Shown: one piece after another, positions 10,585 to 19,102 of the stretch
Layout of the letters: every line of letters begins with the position of its first letter
Numbering within the stretch: position 1 is the stretch's first letter
From: a virus
Length of the DNA stretch: 64,000 bases
IMG/VR virus record: IMGVR_UViG_3300020042_008783
Coordinates: 3,615 to 67,614 of that record
Direction: 5' to 3' (one strand)
Notes under the pieces: generated by a model
The model's input: only the letters and a program-made list of their open reading frames with translations
Told to the model about the DNA's origin: nothing
Database searches by the model: none
Program-made: the position numbers and the translations under genes

Positions 10585-12164
10585 GCCACTTGAGCGCCGA
10601 TTACTAATACGTCGACCGTATACGTTTGAGACGCAACAGCCGTAGAACTTCCATTGGAAATAACAACAGTAACCGTGTCGGCGGCGCTAACATAACCAAA
10701 GACAGTCAATAAATTGGGTGTCGTTACCGGTACCGCATTATAAGTGGCCAGGACGAAATTGGTTAAAGCTGCTCCGGTAACGGTTATGGTGAAGCTGGCG
10801 GTGGTGTTTGCGGCAAGAGTCTGTGTGGAGGAGGCGCCACCAAATAAAAATTTTGTAAGTTTTGCGGAAGCGCCTCCAGTGCTAACCCCATAATCAGTAG
10901 CTCTTATTGAGCCGACAACATCGAGAGCGCATGTTGGAGTTGTTTTATTAATGCCCACAAAATTTCCGGCCGCATCAACTTTGAGTACATTCGTATCTAC
11001 TGAGAGGTCCCCGGCGACAGCTAAAGTAGAGCCTAAAATAGTTGCTCCCGTAACAGTAGTTGCTCCAACTACATCCAAGGCAACTGTTGGGGTGGCTTGA
11101 TTGATGCCCACAAAATTTCCAGTTACATCAACTTTAAGAACGTTTGTATCTACTGAAAGGTTACCGGCGACAGCTAAAGTAGAGCCTAAAATAGTTGCTC
11201 CCGTAACAGTAGTTGCTCCAACTACATCGAGAGCAACTGTTGGAGTTGTTTTAAAAATACCAACCCCGTTAAATGGAGCGGCAGTACTTAAAACAGTAAT
11301 AGGTCTAGTACTATTTGTACCATAAACCTGAAAAGATGGATTTGCCGCGACCCCTCCCGGGTTAACTAAAAGGGAGTTCATTTCGGCGGCTCCGTTCACA
11401 TCTAATAATTTACTCGGGCTATTTGTGCCTATGCCGACAGAATCGGCGCTAGCGTCTACAAAGAAAGTATCGGAAGCATTTTTAGACTTAACTAAAAAAT
11501 CTCCGTCAGCCCCAGATCCGGACTGTAGAGAATTAAAAACTACGCCCCTCGTAAACTCAGCATCTGCGGGCGATCCCACATCTCCAACCTTAAAGGTTCC
11601 GTCTACATGAAGTGTTGCTAACGGGGAGTTGGTCGAAATGCCGACTCTTCCGGTTGTCCCGGCGTTGGCATCGCAAAACAATAAGTGAGTATCTCCGTTG
11701 CCTTCAATTCGAACATCTGCATTATTTCCGCTTTCGTTAATCGTAACGGGTCCGTCTAAACTAGATACTCCGCCAGTAGTTACTGTTAAAGAAGCTAAAG
11801 GAGCTGAGTAAACAGCGGAGGCGGAGGGAGATACTTTTCGTCCACTAGATGCTGTTGCGCCAACAGCAACTCCATCCACGCTGATCAGGTTGGCTGTTAC
11901 CGAAGAAAATGGGTCTCCGCCCAGTACTGTTATTGTATAGAATCCAGCCTCAGAAATATAAACGGTTTGACCGACGGCCATCCATCGATTTTCAACAACA
12001 GAAAAAGTAACGGGGGACCCAACAGAAGGCTGAACAAAACTAGCGCTCGTCGTGGTAAAAGCATTAAGTCCATTAGTCCCGTTAGTACCGTTAATACCAG
12101 CAAGACCCTGGGGTCCTTGTGGCCCGGCTTCTCCAACAACAAGTGTATTACAATCGCAGCTCAT
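10581..12164 (-). CDS. tail fibre with collagen-like GXY start and VGI.T..P...LDV.G repeats
   Basis: GPQGPQGLAGINGTNGTNG; repeated beta-fibre motif; internal duplication. Confidence 0.75.
   Translation of the reverse strand: MSCDCNTLVVGEAGPQGPQGLAGINGTNGTNGLNAFTTTSASFVQPSVGSPVTFSVVENRWMAVGQTVYISEAGFYTITVLGGDPFSSVTANLISVDGVAVGATASSGRKVSPSASAVYSAPLASLTVTTGGVSSLDGPVTINESGNNADVRIEGNGDTHLLFCDANAGTTGRVGISTNSPLATLHVDGTFKVGDVGSPADAEFTRGVVFNSLQSGSGADGDFLVKSKNASDTFFVDASADSVGIGTNSPSKLLDVNGAAEMNSLLVNPGGVAANPSFQVYGTNSTRPITVLSTAAPFNGVGIFKTTPTVALDVVGATTVTGATILGSTLAVAGNLSVDTNVLKVDVTGNFVGINQATPTVALDVVGATTVTGATILGSTLAVAGDLSVDTNVLKVDAAGNFVGINKTTPTCALDVVGSIRATDYGVSTGGASAKLTKFLFGGASSTQTLAANTTASFTITVTGAALTNFVLATYNAVPVTTPNLLTVFGYVSAADTVTVVISNGSSTAVASQTYTVDVLVIGAQVA
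11011..11228. repeat. 65-bp identical direct repeat (11011-11075 and 11164-11228), period 153 bp
   Basis: ccggcgacagctaaagtagagcc...ccaactacatc occurs twice. Confidence 0.9.
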
Positions 12165-12175
12165 TTAGTTCTCCT

Positions 12176-13375
12176 TTATGCAGTTTTGATAATTGCCACT
12201 TTGAAATCATAGGATGCAGGGTCGATTGATGCAGAGGTAGGATTGTGCGCTCTAACGGTTACCGTGTCCGCAGCGGATACAAACGCTTCAAATATAAGTT
12301 TGCCGTCCGTAGCTCCTCGTCCATCCAAACAAGTAACAAAAACCACATCAGTAGTGACTGCCCCAGCAAGTGTTATGGTTAAATCAGCAAAAGCACCGCT
12401 ACCGCCAACACTTCCAAAATTAAGTGCCGTAGATGCACTAATCAAAGCAATAGGCAAAGTTCCTGTAATATCGGGAAGAGTAGCCGTTCGATCTGCGGTA
12501 GCTGAACCATTCAGAGTTGTTCTAGTGCCACTTACTCCAAATTCAATCGAGCCAACCCCCTGCGTATTTATACTGCCACCACCACTTGAAAGATTTAGAG
12601 ATCCACCATTACCACCCCCACCGCCAGAAATATCGATTGAACCCCCATTAGCACCATCCACAGCAGATGCGTTAATGCCTCCTCCATAGTTGGGTTGGCT
12701 GGAGTTTCCAGATAAATTTATGCTACCGCCATATGTTGAAAGATTTATTGAGCCCCCTTCGTTGCCAGTAGAAGTAAAGCTCCCAGCTTCGGCGCCAGAG
12801 ATATTTATTGAACCGCCACCATCTGAAGTATTGATTGAACCGCCATTACCGTCCACACCGCCAGAAGTATTGATTGAACCGCCATTACCACCACCACCCC
12901 CAGACATAGTCAAACTACCCGCATTATATCCGCTTCCACCAATTGCAGTAATGTTTCCACCATTACCAATGTCACCTGAATTACCAGACATATTGATTGA
13001 GCCCCCAGTCCCATCATTATTGGTCATGGTTATAGTTCCACCATTTTCAAAAATAAGTGGTGACACTGGTGTGGTATCGGCTAACTGAATATAGGACGCC
13101 TCCAAAACTTTTGAGCCGGCTCCGGAATACACCCAACGTTTTCCGTCAGTGGTAACGACAATACTGCCCTCTCGAATCAAAGCCTGTTGTGCGGTAGTTA
13201 AATTAGCAATACCGCCTGAACTTACGATTACATCGTTTGTCTCTTCAAGAGCTGTAACTCGAGTATCGAGAGAATCAATTTCACCTTGAATTGTTGCTGG
13301 TGGGGGAGTTGTATTTGCCCCGGCTGTTCCGCAATCGCAATCTCGGGCGTAGTTGTCGGGATTAGGAAAACTCAT
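12176..13375 (-). CDS. Gly-rich tail fibre/spike with GGSINxS repeats
   Basis: More than 10 GGS[IL]N.S units; C-terminal domain similar to that of 10581..12164. Confidence 0.7.
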   Translation of the reverse strand: MSFPNPDNYARDCDCGTAGANTTPPPATIQGEIDSLDTRVTALEETNDVIVSSGGIANLTTAQQALIREGSIVVTTDGKRWVYSGAGSKVLEASYIQLADTTPVSPLIFENGGTITMTNNDGTGGSINMSGNSGDIGNGGNITAIGGSGYNAGSLTMSGGGGGNGGSINTSGGVDGNGGSINTSDGGGSINISGAEAGSFTSTGNEGGSINLSTYGGSINLSGNSSQPNYGGGINASAVDGANGGSIDISGGGGGNGGSLNLSSGGGSINTQGVGSIEFGVSGTRTTLNGSATADRTATLPDITGTLPIALISASTALNFGSVGGSGAFADLTITLAGAVTTDVVFVTCLDGRGATDGKLIFEAFVSAADTVTVRAHNPTSASIDPASYDFKVAIIKTA

Positions 13376-13417
13376 CGCAGTGATTATGCCTGTCTATAAT
13401 TATGAGTCAAGCAATCC

Positions 13418-13810
13418 CTACTTGAGAGCCGACCAGTTATCCCGCCATTTACAGTTTGGTTCAAGATAGATAGATTTTGTACGGGGGAGTTTTTCTCTAG
13501 GTATAACAAACAGAGCGTCCAAGGTTGTATTCAAAAATATAAAAGCATCGCAATCTCCCTTGGTATATAATCTCTTTTGCATGTGGCCAAATCCGGGTCC
13601 ACGGAGAGCCAAAAACTTTAATTTTCTGCGGCGACAGTCTTCACCTCCAATTGTCGTTTTAACTTGTACGCGCACCATCTTGCCCCGCCAATCTGTAACC
13701 AAATCGTATCCATCGTCATAAATGGGTAGGCTTACAAGAAAGCCCTGCTCCATCAATCTGGTGGAAACTTTTTGTACACCTATTGCTCCTAGTCTAATGT
13801 TATTACTCAT
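13418..13810 (-). CDS. free-standing PD-(D/E)XK endonuclease (group I intron-associated/PDDEXK_5-like)
   Basis: G..G.......L...G..V..P......YD....RVQVKT. Confidence 0.75.
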   Translation of the reverse strand: MSNNIRLGAIGVQKVSTRLMEQGFLVSLPIYDDGYDLVTDWRGKMVRVQVKTTIGGEDCRRRKLKFLALRGPGFGHMQKRLYTKGDCDAFIFLNTTLDALFVIPREKLPRTKSIYLEPNCKWRDNWSALK

Positions 13811-14349
13811 AACCAGCTCCTTGCGAGTATTGTACCAAGGGGTCGGCGCTTGCGATAGACCCCATCCCCCTCACGACTCCCGTCATCGTTTGTATTACCC
13901 TCAATTGTAACCGCCATTTTACCCTCAATTCGCTCTATAAGCCCTGTGTGAGCCACTCTTTTGAGGTGATGAAAGTACACCCCAAAGGCATCTGCCGACC
14001 CCGGCAAACGACCTTTGCCGCGATTCCAGGTGGGTTTAACGACAAAGGCCGGACTCCAGGCGGAACGGGGGAAGGGATTGTGCTGTTTGCCGAAAGCCTC
14101 ATCTCCCACAAAAACCACCCAAGCCGCGCACCAAGGCGCCCCAGTCCCCTCTAGCCCAACGGAGGTTAGGATCTTGTCCACCACGGGCCCGGAGTTTCCC
14201 CGTTCTTCTTTCCACCCGATTGTATCTCGGGCAACTTCCATAAGTCTCTCCACTCTTGCTCCTCGCGTCGGTAAGATTCCCTGAGCAATTCCCTCTCCGG
14301 AACCCAGCAAAGATAAAGATGCCAAAACCAGCGCATAGATTACCCGCAT
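13807..14349 (-). CDS. CHAP/NlpC-P60 endolysin with N-terminal signal sequence
   Basis: PWCAAWV, HTGLI and TIEGNT motifs; likely start is ATG 14349, overlapping the holin stop. Confidence 0.85.
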   Translation of the reverse strand: MRVIYALVLASLSLLGSGEGIAQGILPTRGARVERLMEVARDTIGWKEERGNSGPVVDKILTSVGLEGTGAPWCAAWVVFVGDEAFGKQHNPFPRSAWSPAFVVKPTWNRGKGRLPGSADAFGVYFHHLKRVAHTGLIERIEGKMAVTIEGNTNDDGSREGDGVYRKRRPLGTILARSWL

Positions 14350-14681
14350 AACAGGGCGAAAGCCAGGACGAGCCCAAGGAACACGGCGATCAAAAGAGTC
14401 GCCCGAGTCTGCCCGCCTAACTCCCGCCAATCGTCTTCCAAGGTATTGTTATCTATGTAGTCATCAAGAAACTTAAACTCTAGATTGATTATTAGCCAAG
14501 CTAATGACACCGCAAAGAAAAGCTTAACTGCCGAAAAGAGCACTACGTGTAAGGCGCCAAGATCCACAACGCCAGCACCGGGGGAAATATTCTGAAGGAT
14601 AGGGCCTAAAGCAAGAAATAGAACCACGCTACAAGCCAAGGCCCCAAGACCTTGTGCGTTGTCTTTTAACCACTTTTTCAC
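14340..14681 (-). CDS. holin (three predicted TM helices)
   Basis: Three hydrophobic segments; lies between spanin and endolysin. Confidence 0.7.
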   Translation of the reverse strand: MKKWLKDNAQGLGALACSVVLFLALGPILQNISPGAGVVDLGALHVVLFSAVKLFFAVSLAWLIINLEFKFLDDYIDNNTLEDDWRELGGQTRATLLIAVFLGLVLAFALLCG

Positions 14682-15065
14682 TTAAAAGAGTTTAAGAATA
14701 GGAAACAGATTACGCAAGGCCAAAAATGCGGGCAAAAGAAGCATACCGCCGATACCAATCAAACGCCATTTCCATAATAGACCGACCGATTGGCTGTACT
14801 TGGCCTCAAGATACTCAAGTCTCTCAGCCATCTCAGAGCGTTCTTTAAAGTTTTTATCAATCTGAGACTGAAGCTTTAGAATTTGATCTTTGGTGTTGTC
14901 GAGTTCATCTGCTACCGGCTTACAGGCTGGGATAGAACGAGCTATGGACTGCGCCTTCAATACGGAAGCAGTCGTAGCCTGAAGAGTCAATGAGCCAGAC
15001 GAACTATATTTCGTGGAGGCGCAGGACGTTAAAGTTAAGAGAACAAAAAGAAAAAGGAGGGGCAT
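14682..15065 (-). CDS. unimolecular spanin candidate
   Basis: Lipobox LTSC at the N-terminus, coiled coil, C-terminal TM helix. Confidence 0.75.
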   Translation of the reverse strand: MPLLFLFVLLTLTSCASTKYSSSGSLTLQATTASVLKAQSIARSIPACKPVADELDNTKDQILKLQSQIDKNFKERSEMAERLEYLEAKYSQSVGLLWKWRLIGIGGMLLLPAFLALRNLFPILKLF

Positions 15066-15865
15066 TATAGTTCCTTAATCCACTTAAAGGACTCTGCAAT
15101 CTGACGAGAAAACTCCTTGCCCAATACATCGTCCCAATCTTTTCCCAATGGCTCAACCTTATTGCGGATAGTGTGATCTCCGTAAGGCCAGCCTAGTTCG
15201 TGTTCTGTGGTGTACTGTTCCACATTATCAAAATCGTGTTTGGGTGATTCTAGTTCTAAATACTTCCACACGGCTTCCATAGTTTCTGCTGGTTCTTCGG
15301 TCAAGGATTCAAAGTGAACAAAGTGTAGTCTGTCCTTGTGCCTCTTTACTGCGTCCGATATTCTTTCCACCGCAATGCCAAGTGGCGGTATGTTGAGCCA
15401 TCCTTGCGCTCTCTTCTCTACCGTTGTCCAGTTTTGGGGGTTTTGTTTTTCAACGCCTGTAAATGGGAATGGATGCTTCTGCCATTTCTTTTCAAAAGAA
15501 GAAAGGATTCCACGCATATCACGAACTGGTACTAGCACTTTTGCGTTAGGCCAGATTGCAAAAAGCATGTCTAAATGCCCAACCCAAGAACGGCATTTGT
15601 CGGCCACGATAGGGCGGTCAGTTAGCCTATTAAAAGCGTTCTCACACCCACCCCTTACATAATCATAGAATAAAGTCTCGCCATCTCTGGGGTTCGGGAT
15701 AGTCTTAAATTCTTCGGTGCTGTGAAACTGTCTTGCTATATAGCCAATTTCGTGCAATCCGCTGGTGGCTGTTGAATGGACTTTCTCATTTTGTGCAAGC
15801 AAGTTCATTAGTAAGGTTGATCCTGCTCTTGGCAGGCCAGAGACAAAGTGAATGGTTTTAGACAT
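15065..15865 (-). CDS. sulfotransferase family protein
   Basis: 5'-PSB loop GLPRAGSTLL and 3'-PB motif VRDMRGILSS; likely start MSKTIHF at 15865. Confidence 0.85.
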   Translation of the reverse strand: MSKTIHFVSGLPRAGSTLLMNLLAQNEKVHSTATSGLHEIGYIARQFHSTEEFKTIPNPRDGETLFYDYVRGGCENAFNRLTDRPIVADKCRSWVGHLDMLFAIWPNAKVLVPVRDMRGILSSFEKKWQKHPFPFTGVEKQNPQNWTTVEKRAQGWLNIPPLGIAVERISDAVKRHKDRLHFVHFESLTEEPAETMEAVWKYLELESPKHDFDNVEQYTTEHELGWPYGDHTIRNKVEPLGKDWDDVLGKEFSRQIAESFKWIKEL

Positions 15866-15894
15866 ACAAGGATTTTGAATTAAAACTAGGATTT

Positions 15895-17700
15895 CTACAA
15901 GTTCTTTATTACTGTAACATTTGCGTTGCCTAGGAAGCCTAATCCAGTTCCAGCCGTCCAAGATGCGTCTGTGCTTCTTGCTCGGATAGTTAATGGCGAG
16001 GCGGTTCCTCTGAATGTGTAATACGCACCAAGCGAAGTAAGGGCTGATTGTGCGACATAGCAAAGAACTGTTGCTAGGCTAGTGCAACCATCAAACGCAT
16101 AATCCGCAACACTCGTTACTCCAGTACCTATGGTAACTGTGGCTAGGCTGGTGGAAGTTTTGAACGCATATTCACCAATACTCGTTACGGTGTTGGGGAT
16201 ATTTATGGTTGTGAAACCAGAAAAAGCAAACGAATAACTCCCAATGCTTGTTACGCTGGGGGGAATGGTTATGCTGGTTAAGCTAGTGCACCCTTGGAAA
16301 GTATAATTCCCAAGGCTAGTTAGGGTGGAAGGAGCCGTAAAGGTGATGCTGGCTAGGCTGGTGCAATTTTTGAACGATTCTTGACCGAGACTCGTTATGG
16401 TGTTGGGAATGGTTATGGCTGTGAGACCAGTAGAAACGAACGCTTGCGTCGGAAGACTCGTTACGCCAGTTCCGATAGTGGCTGTGGCTAGGCTAGTGCA
16501 ACCATCAAACGCATAACTTCCAATGCTTGTTACGCTGTTAGGAATTGTGATGCTGGTTAGAGAGGTACAGCCCTGAAACATTCTTTCACTAACACTCGTT
16601 ACTCCAGTACCTATGGTAACTGTGGCTAGGCTGGTGCAATTTTGAAACGCAGCAGTCCCAATACTAGTCACGCTGTTGGGGATAGTAATATTGGTTAGGG
16701 CAGTATATTGGAACACAAAACTGCCAATATCCGTTACGCTATTAGGAATCGTAATTCCAGATAGGTTACAATAGCCAAACGCGTCGCTACCAATGCTCGT
16801 TACGCTGTTGTCGTTTGCAAAGATAACAGAGGTAACAGTAGTTTGGTTTGCTACCCAACTTGTAGGGATGTCTCCTAAATTTGATGCGCCGACTTGATCA
16901 CCCAAAGAGTCGAAGGCTCTTGAGAAAACTGGCGGGGGTATGTTGTACTTGTTCATTAAATACGCCTCGACTTGCTGGCGTTCTGGAGTTGTGAGGACTC
17001 GATCATAAACAACAATTTCGGCCATTCTTATATTTCCGTAACGCTCTGGATCTTGCTGTCCAGCAATTCGTATGCCAATCACATCGGAATCTGCCGCTGT
17101 GCCTATTGCTTCAGAACCTTCTAATGCGGTGTTGCGAAAAACAGAATAGACGCCAGAACTTTGATTTGATATAAATTCTAAAATATAATTAGAACCATCT
17201 GAATATGTAAATCCATCGCTGTAATCATAGGGTGTCCATCCTTGAGTCAGAAATAAAGGATAGGATGCTGGAAACTTGTTTTCATTTTTTATATAATGAA
17301 ATGATCCTTGATCTGTTCCAGTATCTGACAAAAATGTAACACTTGGAGAGTAGGGATCGCCAGCGCCAGTAGCACTATCACCAACATATTTGAACACCCA
17401 AATCACGCTAAAGTTATTATTGCCAACAAAAGCCGGTGTCAGTGCATCCGCAAATTGTGTTGACCCATTAAAGTCTACTGTCGGCCTGCTATTTATAGAA
17501 CTTGCTGTGAAGCTTGGAGAGTTGGCGAGTGTTACTGTTCTCCCATTACCACTTTGATCGGCCCAAGCTGTAACATCTGACCCAGACAATGTAACCCCAG
17601 CATCAGCCTTGAGCCAGAGAGACAGGCCAGAAGCTGGTATGAGTGATCCGCCAGAAACTCTAGTCTGCGGTAACGATAAGCCTAAGCCGAGTTTCGGCAT
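15895..17700 (-). CDS. LamG/ConA-like domain plus BspA-type leucine-rich-repeat (LRR_5) protein, putative adhesin
   Basis: LWLKADAG..W.DQSGNG ... EIVVYDR.L...ERQQVE.YL..KY, then about 12 CTSL.SITIP.SVTSIG..AF repeats. Confidence 0.85.
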   Translation of the reverse strand: MPKLGLGLSLPQTRVSGGSLIPASGLSLWLKADAGVTLSGSDVTAWADQSGNGRTVTLANSPSFTASSINSRPTVDFNGSTQFADALTPAFVGNNNFSVIWVFKYVGDSATGAGDPYSPSVTFLSDTGTDQGSFHYIKNENKFPASYPLFLTQGWTPYDYSDGFTYSDGSNYILEFISNQSSGVYSVFRNTALEGSEAIGTAADSDVIGIRIAGQQDPERYGNIRMAEIVVYDRVLTTPERQQVEAYLMNKYNIPPPVFSRAFDSLGDQVGASNLGDIPTSWVANQTTVTSVIFANDNSVTSIGSDAFGYCNLSGITIPNSVTDIGSFVFQYTALTNITIPNSVTSIGTAAFQNCTSLATVTIGTGVTSVSERMFQGCTSLTSITIPNSVTSIGSYAFDGCTSLATATIGTGVTSLPTQAFVSTGLTAITIPNTITSLGQESFKNCTSLASITFTAPSTLTSLGNYTFQGCTSLTSITIPPSVTSIGSYSFAFSGFTTINIPNTVTSIGEYAFKTSTSLATVTIGTGVTSVADYAFDGCTSLATVLCYVAQSALTSLGAYYTFRGTASPLTIRARSTDASWTAGTGLGFLGNANVTVIKNL

Positions 17701-17706
17701 GGCGGT

Positions 17707-17997
17707 TTATGCCTTGTAGGCGATTACTTTTCCGGAGGTGAGATCGTAGCTAGTAAAGGGTCCGTAAATAATAGTGCCGGCGGTAAGGGTTACACCCACT
17801 AGACCGCCGACTGTAGAATCTAAGGCAGTCAGGGCGGTAAAAACAGTATCGGCAATAATTTGAATAGCCGCAAAATTACCATTAACTAAAGTCGTGTCAT
17901 CTGTGTAAATAAAACCACGCTGGCCAAGCGATACAAGCGCGGCATCAGTTTCCTGAGTTACCGAGGGAGCTAAGTTTTCGCTAAAAAAGTCTGGCAT
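17707..17997 (-). CDS. small beta-rich virion protein
   Basis: 96 aa; structural module; own promoter and SD. Confidence 0.5.
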   Translation of the reverse strand: MPDFFSENLAPSVTQETDAALVSLGQRGFIYTDDTTLVNGNFAAIQIIADTVFTALTALDSTVGGLVGVTLTAGTIIYGPFTSYDLTSGKVIAYKA

Positions 17998-18032
17998 AAA
18001 GTTCTCCTATTGTGGGGTCTTATTTTTAATTG

Positions 18033-18248
18033 TCAACTGTGTTTGCCAAAAATCTTTGACCAGAAAAATTCGGCAAATGTGGAGATCATAAATGTCATGA
18101 CCGCTACGACCCCATACCCCATGTGAATATGCTTTTCAACCTTACCGATTCGCTGGTCGTGTTTATCTCGGTCTTCAAGCAAAGAATCAAGTTTCTCGTC
18201 CATGCGGGCGGTACGCTCAAGAAGGGTAATTAGATGGTCATTTTCCAT
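18033..18248 (-). CDS. small coiled-coil plus TM protein (XhlA/holin-like)
   Basis: Coiled coil followed by a C-terminal hydrophobic helix. Confidence 0.5.
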   Translation of the reverse strand: MENDHLITLLERTARMDEKLDSLLEDRDKHDQRIGKVEKHIHMGYGVVAVMTFMISTFAEFFWSKIFGKHS

Positions 18249-18501
18249 GACTAAAAATCCTATCTAGGGTTGGGTATAGCCGTGATTTCATCTTATTGGC
18301 AGTATAGCTCTGGACACCAAGCAAAGGCAAGAATAGCTCGAAACACATCTCGAAGGATTCCCGCTCAAAACAGGCTTTTGGTCTGGCAGGCTTCTTGCCG
18401 GCGTCAAGATCCTGAAGATCATTCCAGGCTTGCTTGACAACCGCCAAGATGAGCTTGTCCACGGCTTTACGCCATTTCGTTCGACGACATTCCTTTTTCA
18501 A
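18238..18501 (-). CDS. hypothetical protein
   Basis: Fills the gap in the minus-strand operon; start uncertain. Confidence 0.4.
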   Translation of the reverse strand: MKKECRRTKWRKAVDKLILAVVKQAWNDLQDLDAGKKPARPKACFERESFEMCFELFLPLLGVQSYTANKMKSRLYPTLDRIFSHGK

Positions 18502-18715
18502 CAGCTTGAACCATGCTCATGTCTTCTTCTGGCATTTCGGTTTCAGTTTCAACTTCGACTTCTCCACCGGGGGAAACTGCTACACCTTCAACTGCCGAGA
18601 GATACATGGTAGGTCCTTTGAAATAGCCGCTGGCCATGAAGTCGAATGCATCGCCTTCAGCAACACCTTCCGGAGGTGTAAAGCCTTTGGGTACGGGAAA
18701 CGATATGTTTTTCAT
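18467..18715 (-). CDS. acidic hypothetical protein
   Basis: 82 aa in the late operon. Confidence 0.55.
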   Translation of the reverse strand: MKNISFPVPKGFTPPEGVAEGDAFDFMASGYFKGPTMYLSAVEGVAVSPGGEVEVETETEMPEEDMSMVQAVEKGMSSNEMA

Positions 18716-18746
18716 ATTAGATGTCTTTCTTTAGAAAATAGTGTGA

Positions 18747-18775
18747 TCCCCCCAAGGCATAGAACCTTGGGGGGA
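18747..18775 (-). terminator. GC hairpin after the capsid/decoration genes
   Basis: tccccccaagg-N7-ccttgggggga; weak U-tract. Confidence 0.55.
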
Positions 18776-18787
18776 CCAATTAGTTAT

Positions 18788-19078
18788 TTAGGCATTCAGA
18801 TTACGCAACAAGGTTAAAATAGTATTAACCTTTGCGGAAACGGAGGCCAAACCATTTTTAATTGCGGTCAGGTCTGCTTGCGCGTAAGTAGCGCCAGCAG
18901 TGATTGCAGCAATGGTGTTGGAGGCCGTACCACCTGTTGAGTCAGTGATTGCGGTCAAGCTCGTTGTGGCTGTAGAGCCGGTCAAAGTGGATGTCCACTC
19001 TGGTCCGTTATTCAGCACACCACGAATGCGGGCCGCAAGTACATTGTCCTGCGTAGCCGTTTGAAGGGGGAAGCTCAT
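18788..19078 (-). CDS. head decoration/fibre protein
   Basis: Immediately downstream of MCP; TDSTGGTA..TIAAI...KVN.IL..LR. Confidence 0.6.
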   Translation of the reverse strand: MSFPLQTATQDNVLAARIRGVLNNGPEWTSTLTGSTATTSLTAITDSTGGTASNTIAAITAGATYAQADLTAIKNGLASVSAKVNTILTLLRNLNA

Positions 19079-19102
19079 TTTTTAGAGTTCTCCTTTCTTC
19101 AA

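Noticed and set aside
13418-13810. Group I intron around the PD-(D/E)XK endonuclease
   Set aside because: The flanking genes are complete and there is no room for an intron core.
15866-16063. N-terminal extension of the sulfotransferase given in the ORF track
   Set aside because: It overlaps the LRR gene out of frame; the fold and a candidate promoter point to ATG 15865.
10581-17700. Diversity-generating retroelement acting on the fibres or LRR protein
   Set aside because: No reverse transcriptase; the repeats are in-frame coding duplications without adenine-specific mismatches.
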